Source of the DNA: Bdellovibrionia bacterium
GTDB taxonomy: Bacteria > Bdellovibrionota > UBA1018
Assembly (NCBI GenBank): GCA_045805065.1
Contig: JBJMMA010000224.1
Location: 1-27,274, forward strand
DNA length: 27,274 nt
Reading direction: 5' to 3'
Shown: positions 1 to 9,215 of the stretch, one piece after another
Layout of the letters: every line of letters starts with the position of its first letter
How positions within the stretch are numbered: position 1 is the first letter of the stretch
Notes under the pieces: model-generated
Databases searched by the model: none
Told to the model about the DNA's origin: nothing
What the model saw: only the letters and a program-made list of their open reading frames with translations
Translations under genes and position numbers: made by a program

Positions 1-135
1 CACGAACTCTGGTCTTGATTCATTGCTGGGTCCTGGCAATGTCTGGTTTGCGGAGTAAAAATCACTTGATGGGTCGCGCCGTACTCGCGTGTTGTGAAAC
101 TTTTTCCATGTTGCAGCGCCTTCAGACGCCTCCAT
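1..135 (-). CDS. Possible 5' fragment of a gene running off the left edge (MEASEGAATWKKFHNTRVRR...)
   Basis: ATG at 135 with an open minus-strand frame to position 1, divergent from the next gene. No recognisable motif. Confidence 0.2.
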   Translation of the reverse strand, partial: MEASEGAATWKKFHNTRVRRDPSSDFYSANQTLPGPSNESRPEFV

Positions 136-184
136 TATGCGCACCAGATGTACAAGCGGGATGGATTAGGTTACAAATAAGGTG

Positions 185-574
185 ATGAAAAAGTACATTG
201 CCCTACTGCTCGTACTCTTGGTTGTAGTTGTTGGAGGTTACGTCTCGATTCGCTATTACAGCTACGTTTTTGCTAAAAAGGTGACTGGCGAAATCATCAA
301 AGTCGAGCGGGTCAATCAGAACGACATGATCATTGCGGGAAGGGGCACCACCCCTACGCAAATGTTCTCTTTTGCGGTCGCGATCCGTGACGAAAAGGGC
401 GAGATCCACACGGCGAGCAGTGAAGATCGTCAATGGGCCGTGGCTCAGCCCAAGCAATGCGCAACAGCTAAGTTCTTTCCTTATCCGCCTTGGGATTTAG
501 ATAAGGCAGGCACGTATTACGGTGCTCGGTTGGAGCGCCTCTTTGATTGCCCGAAAAATAACGAGCAAAAATGA
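185..574 (+). CDS. Hypothetical membrane-anchored protein
   Basis: MKKYIALLLVLLVVVVGG N-terminal TM/signal segment; SD-like AGGTG just upstream; start is GTG 182 or ATG 185; stop overlaps the next ATG (ATGA 571-574). Confidence 0.75.
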   Translation: MKKYIALLLVLLVVVVGGYVSIRYYSYVFAKKVTGEIIKVERVNQNDMIIAGRGTTPTQMFSFAVAIRDEKGEIHTASSEDRQWAVAQPKQCATAKFFPYPPWDLDKAGTYYGARLERLFDCPKNNEQK

Positions 575-1614
575 GCCTGACTTTCAGAAAGCGGATCCTT
601 GCTGCGATCCTCATCGGTGGCGTGGCGTTTCCATTACATTCCAGCTTTGCCCAGAACGGCAGACTCAGAGAAGCGCTCAAGCGGAGCTGGATTGAAAAGC
701 ATCAAAAGTATACGCCGGCGAACGCTAGCTCGGATCCACTGGCCAAAATCACTCGTGCTGGAGATTATTCGTTCTCCATCGAGCATGGGGGACTCACTCG
801 CAAGTATCTGGTACACGTACCCACAAAGTACCAGCCAACAAGCCCGGCCCCCCTTCTGATCGCTCTTCATGGCGGCGGAGGAAATATGGAATATCAAGCC
901 AACGATAAATACTATGGCTTGATCTCCAAGTCGGAGAAGGAAGGCTTTGTCGTTGCCTTCCCCAATGGCTATAGCCGTCTTCCTTCAGGAAAATTTGCAA
1001 CTTGGAACGCGGGAAACTGCTGCGGCGGCGCTCGTGATGAGAATGTCGATGACGTGGGCTTTATCAAAAAGATCATCGATAACTTGAGCCATCAGCTGAA
1101 CATTGATTCAAAGAAGGTCTTTGCCACAGGGATGTCCAATGGCGGAATGATGAGCCATCGCCTGGCGTGTGAACTTGCGGGAACCATTAGTGCCATCGCG
1201 CCCGTCGCCGGAACGGACAACACAAAGAGCTGCAATGCTCAAGCGCCGGTCTCTGTTCTCGAAATTCACGCTAAAAATGATGATCACGTCCTGTTCAATG
1301 GTGGAGCAGGAACAAGTCTTCGCGATAAATCCATAGTGACTGATTTTACGTCAGTCCCAGAAACGATCGCGAAATGGGTAAAAAGAAATGGCTGCAACCC
1401 ACAGCCAAGCCGCGTTCTTACTGTTCCAGGCGCTTACTGCGATCTTTACACAAGATGCCGATCAAATACGCAGGTCAAACTTTGCGTAACTGATACTGGC
1501 GGTCACTCCTGGCCAGGCGGAACAAAGCCCCGTGGCGATGAGCTGCCTTCGAAAGCCGTATCTGCTGACGATTTGATGTGGGATTTCTTCATGTCAAAAC
1601 AGCCAAAGAAATGA
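571..1614 (+). CDS. Secreted alpha/beta-hydrolase, LpqC / PHB-depolymerase-family esterase
   Basis: Signal peptide, oxyanion LHGGGG, WNAGNCCG, nucleophile elbow GMSNGG, C-terminal GGHSWPGG. Confidence 0.88.
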   Translation: MSLTFRKRILAAILIGGVAFPLHSSFAQNGRLREALKRSWIEKHQKYTPANASSDPLAKITRAGDYSFSIEHGGLTRKYLVHVPTKYQPTSPAPLLIALHGGGGNMEYQANDKYYGLISKSEKEGFVVAFPNGYSRLPSGKFATWNAGNCCGGARDENVDDVGFIKKIIDNLSHQLNIDSKKVFATGMSNGGMMSHRLACELAGTISAIAPVAGTDNTKSCNAQAPVSVLEIHAKNDDHVLFNGGAGTSLRDKSIVTDFTSVPETIAKWVKRNGCNPQPSRVLTVPGAYCDLYTRCRSNTQVKLCVTDTGGHSWPGGTKPRGDELPSKAVSADDLMWDFFMSKQPKK

Positions 1615-1624
1615 CGGACTCCCC

Positions 1625-1648
1625 TTGAGTCAATGCATTTTGACTTAA
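1625..1648. other. Short inverted repeat (operator or weak terminator)
   Basis: TTGAGTCAA-tgcatt-TTGACTTAA with 8/9 pairing, 10 nt after the esterase stop and just upstream of the MCP promoter. Confidence 0.35.
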
Positions 1649-1656
1649 TTTCAGCC

Positions 1657-1683
1657 TACAGCTTCTCAGTTAAGTTCCGATAC
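1657..1683 (+). promoter_or_regulatory. Sigma28 (FliA)-like promoter of the MCP gene
   Basis: TACA-N15-TCCGATAC against consensus TAAA-N15-GCCGATAA. Chemoreceptors are typical FliA targets. Confidence 0.6.
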
Positions 1684-1725
1684 GCCTTATAAGGCCTAAA
1701 CACGTCATATAAGGATTAGTTTGCT

Positions 1726-3495
1726 ATGAAACTAGGACTCAAAGGAAAGCTTCTTGCGGGATTTGGACTCACATTGGTCTTTACCGCCACTGTCGGCCTG
1801 GTTGGAACACTGGCGCTGAACAAAGTTTCACACCACTATAGCCACGTCGCGAAAATTAACTTGGGTAACGCGATCTCACTCGGTGACATGAATCTCTGGT
1901 CAACCCAGGTCACATCGGATCTGAGACAGCTTGGCTTTCCAAATCTTTCTCCCGAGCAGATTGAAAAATATTCAAAGGCTGTTCAAAACGACATTGAAAA
2001 GTATCAGGCCGCCGATAAAGCCTATAATGATGTGGAATTTGTCGAAGGCGAAGAGGCTCTTTATAAAGTCGTGAATGAAAGCTGGAAGCACCAGCGCGAA
2101 GTCGCGCTTCAGATTGTGGATCTGGCCAAGAAGTCAGATCCCGCGTCTCGATCCAAGCTTTCTGACTTGATTCTAGGAGACTACACCAAATACGACGCCG
2201 AAAACAGTGAAGCCTTGGACCGCCTGACTCGTTTCCAGGTGGATCAATCAAAGACTTGGGTTGGAAATGCAGAACAGGCGGAACGTACGGCTAAGTGGTT
2301 TTCTAGTATACTGCTCGCCGTAGCAGTCGTTTCGGGTTTGGGTATTGCTCTTGGACTCTCGCAGAGCATCACCAAAAAACTGGATCGCGTTGTCCAGGAG
2401 CTCAGCAAGGGCGCTGTTCAAATTACATCAGCCTCGACTGAGCTCTCGCACGCCAGCACGGAGCTTTCCTCCAGTACGACTCAGCAGTCTTCTGCCACGC
2501 AAGAAACCGCTGCCGCTGTCCAGGAGATGAGTGCAATGATCCTGCGCAATACGGAGAGTTCTGAAAAATCCAAGCTTCTTGCTTTCTCCAGCCAACAGAG
2601 CGCCGAGAAAGGTCATAGCGCCGTTCGAGAAATGATTGGATCGATGGACGAAATCAATCAAAGCAATACTGACATCTTCGCTCAAATCGAGAAGAGCAAT
2701 CACGAGATCTCGGAAATCGTCACTGTCATTAACGAGATTGCAGGAAAAACGAAAGTCATCCATGACATCGTATTTCAGACGAAGCTTCTTTCCTTCAATG
2801 CTTCTGTGGAAGCCGCTCGTGCCGGTGAGCATGGAAAAGGCTTTGCGGTTGTTGCGGAAGAAGTCGGAAACCTGGCTCAAATGAGCGGTCGTGCCGCAAA
2901 AGAAATCGGTGATCTGTTGAACTCAAGCATCACCAAAGTGGAGAGCATCGTTCATTCCACGAAGTCTAAAGTGGTTGAGATGACCTCAAGCGCACAAGCA
3001 AAAGTTGAAAAGGGTGGAGTGACCGCAAAACGATGCGGTGAGATTTTGCAGGAGATCGTCACTAACGTAGCCGAAGTCACGCGCATGGTGGGCGACATTG
3101 CCACTGCAAGCAATGAGCAATCCAATGGCGTCACTCAAATTGGCCAGGCCATGGGGCAGCTTGATGAAGCCACTCAGCAGAATGCAACTGCGGCTCAGCA
3201 AGCCTCAAAGACCGCTGAACAACTTGCGACGCAAGCTGTAGAACTTAAAGCTTTGGTAGCCGGATTGATGGAGATTTCCTGGGGAGAAGCCAAGGAGCTA
3301 TCATCCAGTACCGCTGAAAAGAGACCTGAAGCCCCGAGCCCGAAAAACGTTGTAGCGTTCGTACCTCGGAAAAGTGCTGCACCTCAACGTGCGACTCAAT
3401 CTGCACCTCAGAGCGAGCCCGCGGTTTCGAGTCGGAAGATTGTTGGGGGTGAACCCATCCCTAACGAGTCCGATAGTCGCTTTGTCGACGTTTAA
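1726..3495 (+). CDS. Methyl-accepting chemotaxis protein (2 TM, four-helix-bundle periplasmic sensor)
   Basis: Two hydrophobic segments flanking a periplasmic domain; signalling tip [41 protein letters not shown]. Confidence 0.95.
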   Translation: MKLGLKGKLLAGFGLTLVFTATVGLVGTLALNKVSHHYSHVAKINLGNAISLGDMNLWSTQVTSDLRQLGFPNLSPEQIEKYSKAVQNDIEKYQAADKAYNDVEFVEGEEALYKVVNESWKHQREVALQIVDLAKKSDPASRSKLSDLILGDYTKYDAENSEALDRLTRFQVDQSKTWVGNAEQAERTAKWFSSILLAVAVVSGLGIALGLSQSITKKLDRVVQELSKGAVQITSASTELSHASTELSSSTTQQSSATQETAAAVQEMSAMILRNTESSEKSKLLAFSSQQSAEKGHSAVREMIGSMDEINQSNTDIFAQIEKSNHEISEIVTVINEIAGKTKVIHDIVFQTKLLSFNASVEAARAGEHGKGFAVVAEEVGNLAQMSGRAAKEIGDLLNSSITKVESIVHSTKSKVVEMTSSAQAKVEKGGVTAKRCGEILQEIVTNVAEVTRMVGDIATASNEQSNGVTQIGQAMGQLDEATQQNATAAQQASKTAEQLATQAVELKALVAGLMEISWGEAKELSSSTAEKRPEAPSPKNVVAFVPRKSAAPQRATQSAPQSEPAVSSRKIVGGEPIPNESDSRFVDV

Positions 3496-3505
3496 GCTGA
3501 TAGTC

Positions 3506-4366
3506 TCAGCTGGGTAACGGGATAAACTCGTCTTCCTCGGGAACTTTGGGAAACTTCTGCTCGAGCCACCGGGATTTTGCGGCATCGATCTTTTCCTGAG
3601 TAGACGACACAAAATTCCACCAGATTTTCTTTGGTCCAAGCGAGTCCCCGCCCAGGAGAACGCCATGGACTTCATCCAAGGCGCGAAATGAAATTTGCTC
3701 ACCTTGTTTGAAAATCAGAATTTTGGGTCCATCGATGATTTGATTCATGACTTCGATTCGTCCATCCATGAAATAGAAGGCGATCTCTTGTCCCTCAGGA
3801 TCAAACTTAATCTCGGCACCGGCCCGAAACTTGGTCTCTAAATAGAAAAGCCTCGAGTGAGTCTTTACGGGAGAGCGCTTTCCAAAGGCTGATCCAGCAA
3901 TCAGCGTAAAGTCGACACCACCGAGCGAAAAACGCGGAAGGCTCGCCTTGCCGTGATGAGCAAACGACGGGTCCATGTCTTCGACTTCGTTTGGAAGCGA
4001 AACCCAAGCCTGCAGACCATGAATCGTTTGAGGCTTGTCCTTGAACTCGGGAGAGACACGCTCCGAATGTGCAATGCCGTTTCCAGCGGTCATCCAATTC
4101 ACATCTCCCGGCGTAACCACCTGGCGTGATCCAAGGCTATCGCGGTGATAGAGCTCACCTTCAAAAAGATAAGTCAGCGTGGAAAGACCAATATGCGGAT
4201 GAGGAGCAACATCCACGGAGTTTTTTCCAGGCTGGTAGTCCCATGGGCCCATATGATCCAGGAAAATGAACGGCCCAACCCCTCGCCCCCCGCGAGGAAG
4301 GATGCGTTTTACGGAAATCCCTTCCACAAGAGCGGCAACCCTGGGCTCAATAATTCGTTCGATCAT
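3506..4366 (-). CDS. Pirin family protein
   Basis: GPFIFLDH, PHPHIGLSTLTY, HRDSLG, WMTAGNGIAHSE, GLQAWVSLP and WNFVSS motifs. Confidence 0.95.
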   Translation of the reverse strand: MIERIIEPRVAALVEGISVKRILPRGGRGVGPFIFLDHMGPWDYQPGKNSVDVAPHPHIGLSTLTYLFEGELYHRDSLGSRQVVTPGDVNWMTAGNGIAHSERVSPEFKDKPQTIHGLQAWVSLPNEVEDMDPSFAHHGKASLPRFSLGGVDFTLIAGSAFGKRSPVKTHSRLFYLETKFRAGAEIKFDPEGQEIAFYFMDGRIEVMNQIIDGPKILIFKQGEQISFRALDEVHGVLLGGDSLGPKKIWWNFVSSTQEKIDAAKSRWLEQKFPKVPEEDEFIPLPS

Positions 4367-4403
4367 GATACTAGCTTAATCGAAAAATACCCGGCAGCGC
4401 TAA

Positions 4404-5621
4404 TTATCGTTGAGCTGGCTGCGCCATCTCGACCGCAAAAGCGACACCCAAGCGGACGAATTGCAAAGCGTGCTTAAAGTCCACTTTGGTAAAATCGTCA
4501 TCTGTAGTGTGGATGGTCGGGTTGTAATTGGAGATATCCGACTCGAACGGGAAAACAGTCGGCACCCCGATGTTGTGCCATGAAGCATGATCGCTGCAGG
4601 CATAGCCACAAGCTGTTGATCCAATATTGCCAGGCTGCATGCCCAGATATTTGATCGCGAGATCGCGAGTGAATGCGGTCAGAGGCTCGTTCGTATAATC
4701 GGAGATAAAGAAAATCTTGTCATTTCTTCCCGTAGGGCGGAAGGCGACCATGTCGAACTGCATGACTCCAGCGAGCGGGATATTGCGATTTCTGAACTCA
4801 CGAGTCACGTATCCGGATCCGACAAGGCCGAGCTCTTCGGCAGCGTAGAAAGCGAAATAGACGTCACGCTGAAAACGCATCTTGGTATCCAGCATGGCTC
4901 TGAATACCTCGATGACAGTTGCCGATCCTGAAGCATCATCATCAGCACCCGGCATCTTGCCATTGAAAGTATCAAAATGTCCGCCCAGCAGAATGGCCGG
5001 AAGTTTCGGATCAGTTCCCGGAACGCGGATAACCACTGAGGATTGCGGATAGCCATCATTTGGCCCACCCGTAGCAACCAATGCAGCGCCAATATCGGTT
5101 CGGCCGGCTTCCGCTGCCCATTTGAGCATATTGTCTTTCAACCACATCGTTGCGGCCAGGCCCTGCTGTCCGCGCGAGTAGCGATTTGGAAACGCCGCAA
5201 GCGCCCGCCACGTTTCTTCAAAGCGCTGTGCACTCATCTTGGAGAGAGCGAGGTTCACTTGGTTCGGATAAGAGGCCTGCAGCCGGTGCGGCGGACGATT
5301 TTTCCCGACAACGGGCACATTGCGCATCGCTTGCAGAAAACGAATCGGATTCGAATTGCGCGCGATCAGAGACTCGACGTCCATCAAGCCACCGCAAGTG
5401 AATCTCTTTTCGTGAAGCGTGCGCACGAGCTGATCGACCTGTTGCAAGCTCATCGTTGTAAGAGCAAGGCCTCGATCGCGAGCAACGACCGGTGGTCTTG
5501 AAGCCACTGGAAGATACGCAAGGTTTTGCTCGGGCACGAGATAGTGGTGAGCCGGTGGAGCGGCAGCGAAAGAAGAGTTGAAACCGCCCAACATCAGAAC
5601 CAGGAGAATGAACCGTGTCAT
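4404..5621 (-). CDS. Secreted M28-family leucyl aminopeptidase (Vibrio LAP / Legionella LapA type) with pro-domain
   Basis: Signal peptide; CGGLMDV pro-region motif; zinc ligands in GGHFDT, GADDDASG, AAEELGLVGS, FDM and IHT; CGYACSDHASW. Confidence 0.9.
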   Translation of the reverse strand: MTRFILLVLMLGGFNSSFAAAPPAHHYLVPEQNLAYLPVASRPPVVARDRGLALTTMSLQQVDQLVRTLHEKRFTCGGLMDVESLIARNSNPIRFLQAMRNVPVVGKNRPPHRLQASYPNQVNLALSKMSAQRFEETWRALAAFPNRYSRGQQGLAATMWLKDNMLKWAAEAGRTDIGAALVATGGPNDGYPQSSVVIRVPGTDPKLPAILLGGHFDTFNGKMPGADDDASGSATVIEVFRAMLDTKMRFQRDVYFAFYAAEELGLVGSGYVTREFRNRNIPLAGVMQFDMVAFRPTGRNDKIFFISDYTNEPLTAFTRDLAIKYLGMQPGNIGSTACGYACSDHASWHNIGVPTVFPFESDISNYNPTIHTTDDDFTKVDFKHALQFVRLGVAFAVEMAQPAQR

Positions 5622-5685
5622 TCGATGTAAGTATCAAAGGGAAATCGGGTGTCGAATAAATTCTCTGGTTTGCTTGCGATAAAAA

Positions 5686-5728
5686 CAAAAAAGCCCAGTA
5701 CCTGGCTAAGTGGTACTGGGCTTTTTTG
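5686..5728 (-). terminator. Rho-independent terminator after tRNA-Gln (symmetric, could act bidirectionally)
   Basis: Perfect 17-bp inverted repeat CAAAAAAGCCCAGTACC / GGTACTGGGCTTTTTTG with a 9-nt loop and U-tracts on both strands. Confidence 0.9.
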
Positions 5729-5734
5729 AAAAAT

Positions 5735-5810
5735 TGGTTGGGGTACTAGGATTCGAACCTAGAAATGGCGGAATCAAAATCCGCTAGCTTAGCCATTTGC
5801 CGATACCCCA
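5735..5810 (-). tRNA. tRNA-Gln (anticodon TTG)
   Basis: Minus strand reads TGGGGTATCGGCAAATGGCTAAGCTAGCGGATTTTGATTCCGCCATTTCTAGGTTCGAATCCTAGTACCCCAACCA: acceptor TGGGGTA/TACCCCA, anticodon stem GCGGA/TCCGC with loop TTTTGAT, GGTTCGAATCC T-arm, encoded CCA. Confidence 0.97.
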
Positions 5811-5872
5811 GCCGAGGCTTAGACACGTAACACAGCTTTTTGCCGTGAGCAATCCAAACTCAACTGTCTATT

Positions 5873-6181
5873 TTAGGTATCTGCGCGTTCCGCTTCTTCA
5901 GCAGTAACCGGAGTACGGCCGTTTTGATTTTTAATCTCAGCCAGATAGGCTTCCAAGATGGTTTTTTCCATCTGAGCGCGCGTGCCCTGATTCAAAGGAT
6001 GGGCGATGTCTTTGAAAGAGCCATCTTTGCGGCGCTTACTCGGCATAGCGACAAAGAGTCCAGCCGTACCGCTGATGATTTTCAAATCACGTACGACAAA
6101 GCAGTCATCCAAGACCACCGTGATGTAGGCTTTCAGTTTGTCTTCATCAACTGGAAAAACTTTAACTTCGGTGATGTTCAT
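5873..6181 (-). CDS. spoVG: SpoVG nucleic-acid-binding protein
   Basis: MNITEVKVFPVDEDKLKAY...FVVRDLKII...GLFVAMPS...DIAHP. Start moved to ATG 6181, which has an AAGGGG SD. Confidence 0.93.
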   Translation of the reverse strand: MNITEVKVFPVDEDKLKAYITVVLDDCFVVRDLKIISGTAGLFVAMPSKRRKDGSFKDIAHPLNQGTRAQMEKTILEAYLAEIKNQNGRTPVTAEEAERADT

Positions 6182-6470
6182 ACAGAGCCAAGCCCCTTCT
6201 CGCTGTTCAAATGCAAATCTCGGTGCCACCCATTCCATACGTGCCAAGCGGGACCCAAACTTGGGGCCTTCGTCATCACATTCAAGGCGACATTTAATCT
6301 AATACTAATAAATGACACCAAAATGATATGACCACGATTAGCTAATGAACCAGCATGACGCGAATATTTTTAGTCCGCGCACCCAAACCCATTTTATTAG
6401 TATCTGAAATAAGACTTAAAGGGCTAAATTTTAAGAGATTGCAAAGATCTGCAAAAAACGGCCTGATTTC

Positions 6471-6505
6471 GCGCAGACTTCAACTAATTTAGATGAAATC
6501 TGCGC
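6471..6505. terminator. Long imperfect hairpin downstream of clpB
   Basis: GCGCAGA-c-TTCA-a-CTAA-t-TTAG-a-TGAA-a-TCTGCGC, 15 nt after the clpB stop. The minus-strand U-tract is offset by about 12 nt. Confidence 0.5.
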
Positions 6506-6520
6506 TCCAAAGGGCTTTCA

Positions 6521-9145
6521 CTAGGCAGTCTGGTTCATCTGCGTCATCGCGACTGCGTTTTGAAAGCGGAACTGACCGCCGCTCACATCAACTAAGATAC
6601 TGGAACCCGGCTCGTATTTTCCGGCCAAAATCTCCATGGCGAGCGGATTTTGGATATCTCGTTGAAAGACGCGCTTCATAGGACGAGCACCGTAATCTCG
6701 ATCATATCCACGCTCACATAGAAGTTCGATCGCCGAGTCCGTGAGTTTAAGACTCAATCCACGCTCCTTAAGCGCTTGATTGAGCTTCTCGGTGTAATTG
6801 TTCACAATTCCGCGGAGCTGCTTTTGTTCAAGGTGCGAGAAAATAACCATCTCGTCGATACGATTAATGAACTCAGGTCGGAAGTGCTTTCGCACAAGCT
6901 CCATGACAGCCTGCTCACGGCGTGTCGCATCACGCTCCTCAAGAATTAGATGACTACCTAAATTGGAAGTCATGATGATGATCGTATTGCTGAAGTTCAC
7001 CGTACGACCCTGTCCATCGGTTGCGCGACCATCATCCAAAATCTGCAGGAATACGTTGAAGACATCCGGATGAGCCTTCTCGATTTCATCCAGGAGAATC
7101 ACGCTATAAGGCCTGCGACGAACGGCCTCGGTCAGAGCACCGCCCTCTTCATATCCGACATATCCTGGAGGTGATCCAATCAAGCGAGCAACGGAGTGCT
7201 TCTCCATATATTCACTCATGTCGATGCGGACCATAGCCGTTTCACTATCAAACAGGAACTCGGCCAATGCTTTTGCCGTCTCGGTTTTTCCAACACCTGT
7301 CGGACCAAGGAAAAGGAACGAGCCCATGGGGCGCGACTTCTCCTGAAGACCGATACGTGCGCGGCGAACGGCGTTTGAAACGGCCTCAATGGCTTTCTCC
7401 TGGCCAACCACGCGAGCGCCCAAACGCTCTTCCATTTTCAGAAGCTTTTCTTGCTCACCTTCGAGCATTTTCGTGACAGGAATCCCCGTCCAACGTGCAA
7501 CGACTTCTGCCACATCGCCTTCGTTCACTTCTTGTCTGAGCAAGGAGCTTCCGCGAGATGACTGCGCCTGGTCTCGCGTGCTTGCAGCATCGAGTTCCTT
7601 TTGCAGGCTCAGGAGCTTTCCGTAACGAAGCTCTGCAGCCTTGGCCAGATCACCGCGGCGCTCAGCAGCTTCTGAATCAAGACGAACTTTTTCGATCTTC
7701 TCGCGAAGGTCTTTGACGACGTTGAGATCTTTTTTCTCACGTTCCCATTGCGTCTTGAGCTCGCCGCTTCTTGCCTTGAGGCCAGAGAGCTCTTCATCCA
7801 GCTGTTGCAACCGCTCTTGAGATGCTCGATCGGTTTCCTTCTTGAGAGCTTCGCGCTCAATTTCCAATCGCACGATGCGACGCTCGAGTTGATCGACCTC
7901 TTCAGGACGCGAGTCGATCTGCATACGGATGCGCGCGCACGCTTCATCGACAAGGTCAATGGCTTTATCCGGCAGAAAGCGATCCGAAATGTAGCGATCC
8001 GAGAGCGTAGCCGCGGACACAAGAGCAGAGTCGCGGATCGCCACACCATGGTGAACCTCGTAACGCTCGCGAAGACCGCGAAGAATACTGATCGTATCCT
8101 CGACTGTTGGCTCTTTCACAAACACAGGCTGAAACCTGCGCTCAAGAGCAGCATCCTTCTCAATATGCTTTCTGTATTCGTCCAAAGTTGTTGCGCCCAC
8201 GCAGCGAAGCTCGCCACGAGCAAGCGCCGGTTTGAGCATATTGGATGCATCCATAGCTCCTTCCGCGGCACCTGCGCCAACCAGCGTATGAAGCTCATCG
8301 ATGAAGAGTACAACCTGCCCTTCGGCAGCGCTCACTTCTTTCAGGACGGATTTCAAACGATCCTCGAACTCGCCTCGGAACTTCGCGCCCGCGATCAGAG
8401 CCCCGAGATCGAGTACGAGAATCCGTTTGTTCTTGAGTGACTCAGGCACATCGCCATGAGCGATTCGTTGAGCCAAGCCTTCTGCGATCGCCGTTTTTCC
8501 CACGCCAGGCTCACCGATCAGAACCGGGTTATTTTTGGTTCTGCGCGACAGAACCTGGACGACGCGACGGATTTCCTCATCGCGGCCGATCACGGGATCA
8601 AGCTTCTGCTTATTGGCGAGCTCAGTGAGGTCGCGGCAGTATTTCTTCAGCGCCTGGTATTTGCCTTCTGGCTCAGCGTCTTGAATCTTGCTTCCGCCGC
8701 GAACGGATTGGATCGCTTGACTGAGCTTGGCCTTCGTCAGACCGCTCTCAGCGAGAATTTTTGCGGCGTTATGAGTCTTAAATTGCGCGTGAAAAAGCGC
8801 GAGAAGAAAGTGCTCGCCTGAGACGTATTCGTCTCCCAGGGCTTTCGCCTCATCTTCTGCCAGAACCATCAAGCGGTTAAACGCAGGAGAAGCGTAAACC
8901 TGTCCAGAGCCTCCTGAGACTTTCGGGAACTTGGCAAGCTCAGAGCTGACACGTGCCTTCAGGGCGCTTAGATTAACTCCAGCGATTTGGAGCATATTAG
9001 GAACGACGGCAGAATCGACGTCGCCTGACTCCAAAAACGCATAGAGCAAGTGCTCAGGCTGGAGCTCTTGATTCTCTCTGCGAATCGCCTCGGATTGAGC
9101 CTGTTGAAGAGCTTCTTGAGTACTGTTCGTGAACTTAGCGGCCAT
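6521..9145 (-). CDS. clpB: ATP-dependent chaperone ClpB
   Basis: 874 aa with Clp-N repeats, two AAA+ modules ([16 protein letters not shown]), coiled-coil M domain, [11 protein letters not shown] and GARPMKR. Confidence 0.97.
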   Translation of the reverse strand: MAAKFTNSTQEALQQAQSEAIRRENQELQPEHLLYAFLESGDVDSAVVPNMLQIAGVNLSALKARVSSELAKFPKVSGGSGQVYASPAFNRLMVLAEDEAKALGDEYVSGEHFLLALFHAQFKTHNAAKILAESGLTKAKLSQAIQSVRGGSKIQDAEPEGKYQALKKYCRDLTELANKQKLDPVIGRDEEIRRVVQVLSRRTKNNPVLIGEPGVGKTAIAEGLAQRIAHGDVPESLKNKRILVLDLGALIAGAKFRGEFEDRLKSVLKEVSAAEGQVVLFIDELHTLVGAGAAEGAMDASNMLKPALARGELRCVGATTLDEYRKHIEKDAALERRFQPVFVKEPTVEDTISILRGLRERYEVHHGVAIRDSALVSAATLSDRYISDRFLPDKAIDLVDEACARIRMQIDSRPEEVDQLERRIVRLEIEREALKKETDRASQERLQQLDEELSGLKARSGELKTQWEREKKDLNVVKDLREKIEKVRLDSEAAERRGDLAKAAELRYGKLLSLQKELDAASTRDQAQSSRGSSLLRQEVNEGDVAEVVARWTGIPVTKMLEGEQEKLLKMEERLGARVVGQEKAIEAVSNAVRRARIGLQEKSRPMGSFLFLGPTGVGKTETAKALAEFLFDSETAMVRIDMSEYMEKHSVARLIGSPPGYVGYEEGGALTEAVRRRPYSVILLDEIEKAHPDVFNVFLQILDDGRATDGQGRTVNFSNTIIIMTSNLGSHLILEERDATRREQAVMELVRKHFRPEFINRIDEMVIFSHLEQKQLRGIVNNYTEKLNQALKERGLSLKLTDSAIELLCERGYDRDYGARPMKRVFQRDIQNPLAMEILAGKYEPGSSILVDVSGGQFRFQNAVAMTQMNQTA

Positions 9146-9171
9146 TTTTATTCTCCCGTCCCTATTTATAA

Positions 9172-9199
9172 AGATGGGAGCAAAACCTACGCCGTCAAG
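9172..9199 (-). promoter_or_regulatory. Sigma32 (RpoH)-like heat-shock promoter of clpB
   Basis: Minus strand CTTGAC-N14-TCCCATCT against consensus CTTGAA-N13-17-CCCCATNT. Confidence 0.6.
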
Positions 9200-9215
9200 T
9201 CGACGGACTAAATAC

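Noticed and set aside
1..5734. Integrated element at tRNA-Gln
   Set aside because: No integrase, phage or transposase genes, and no duplicate of the tRNA 3' end seen in the window.
6212..6228. Sigma54-like TGGCAC...TTGCA upstream of spoVG
   Set aside because: GG-to-GC spacing is 11 nt rather than the strict 10, so it is not called as a promoter.
7748..8440. 230-aa plus-strand ORF inside clpB, and the many other short overlapping ORFs in the track
   Set aside because: Shadow ORFs overlapping confidently identified genes.
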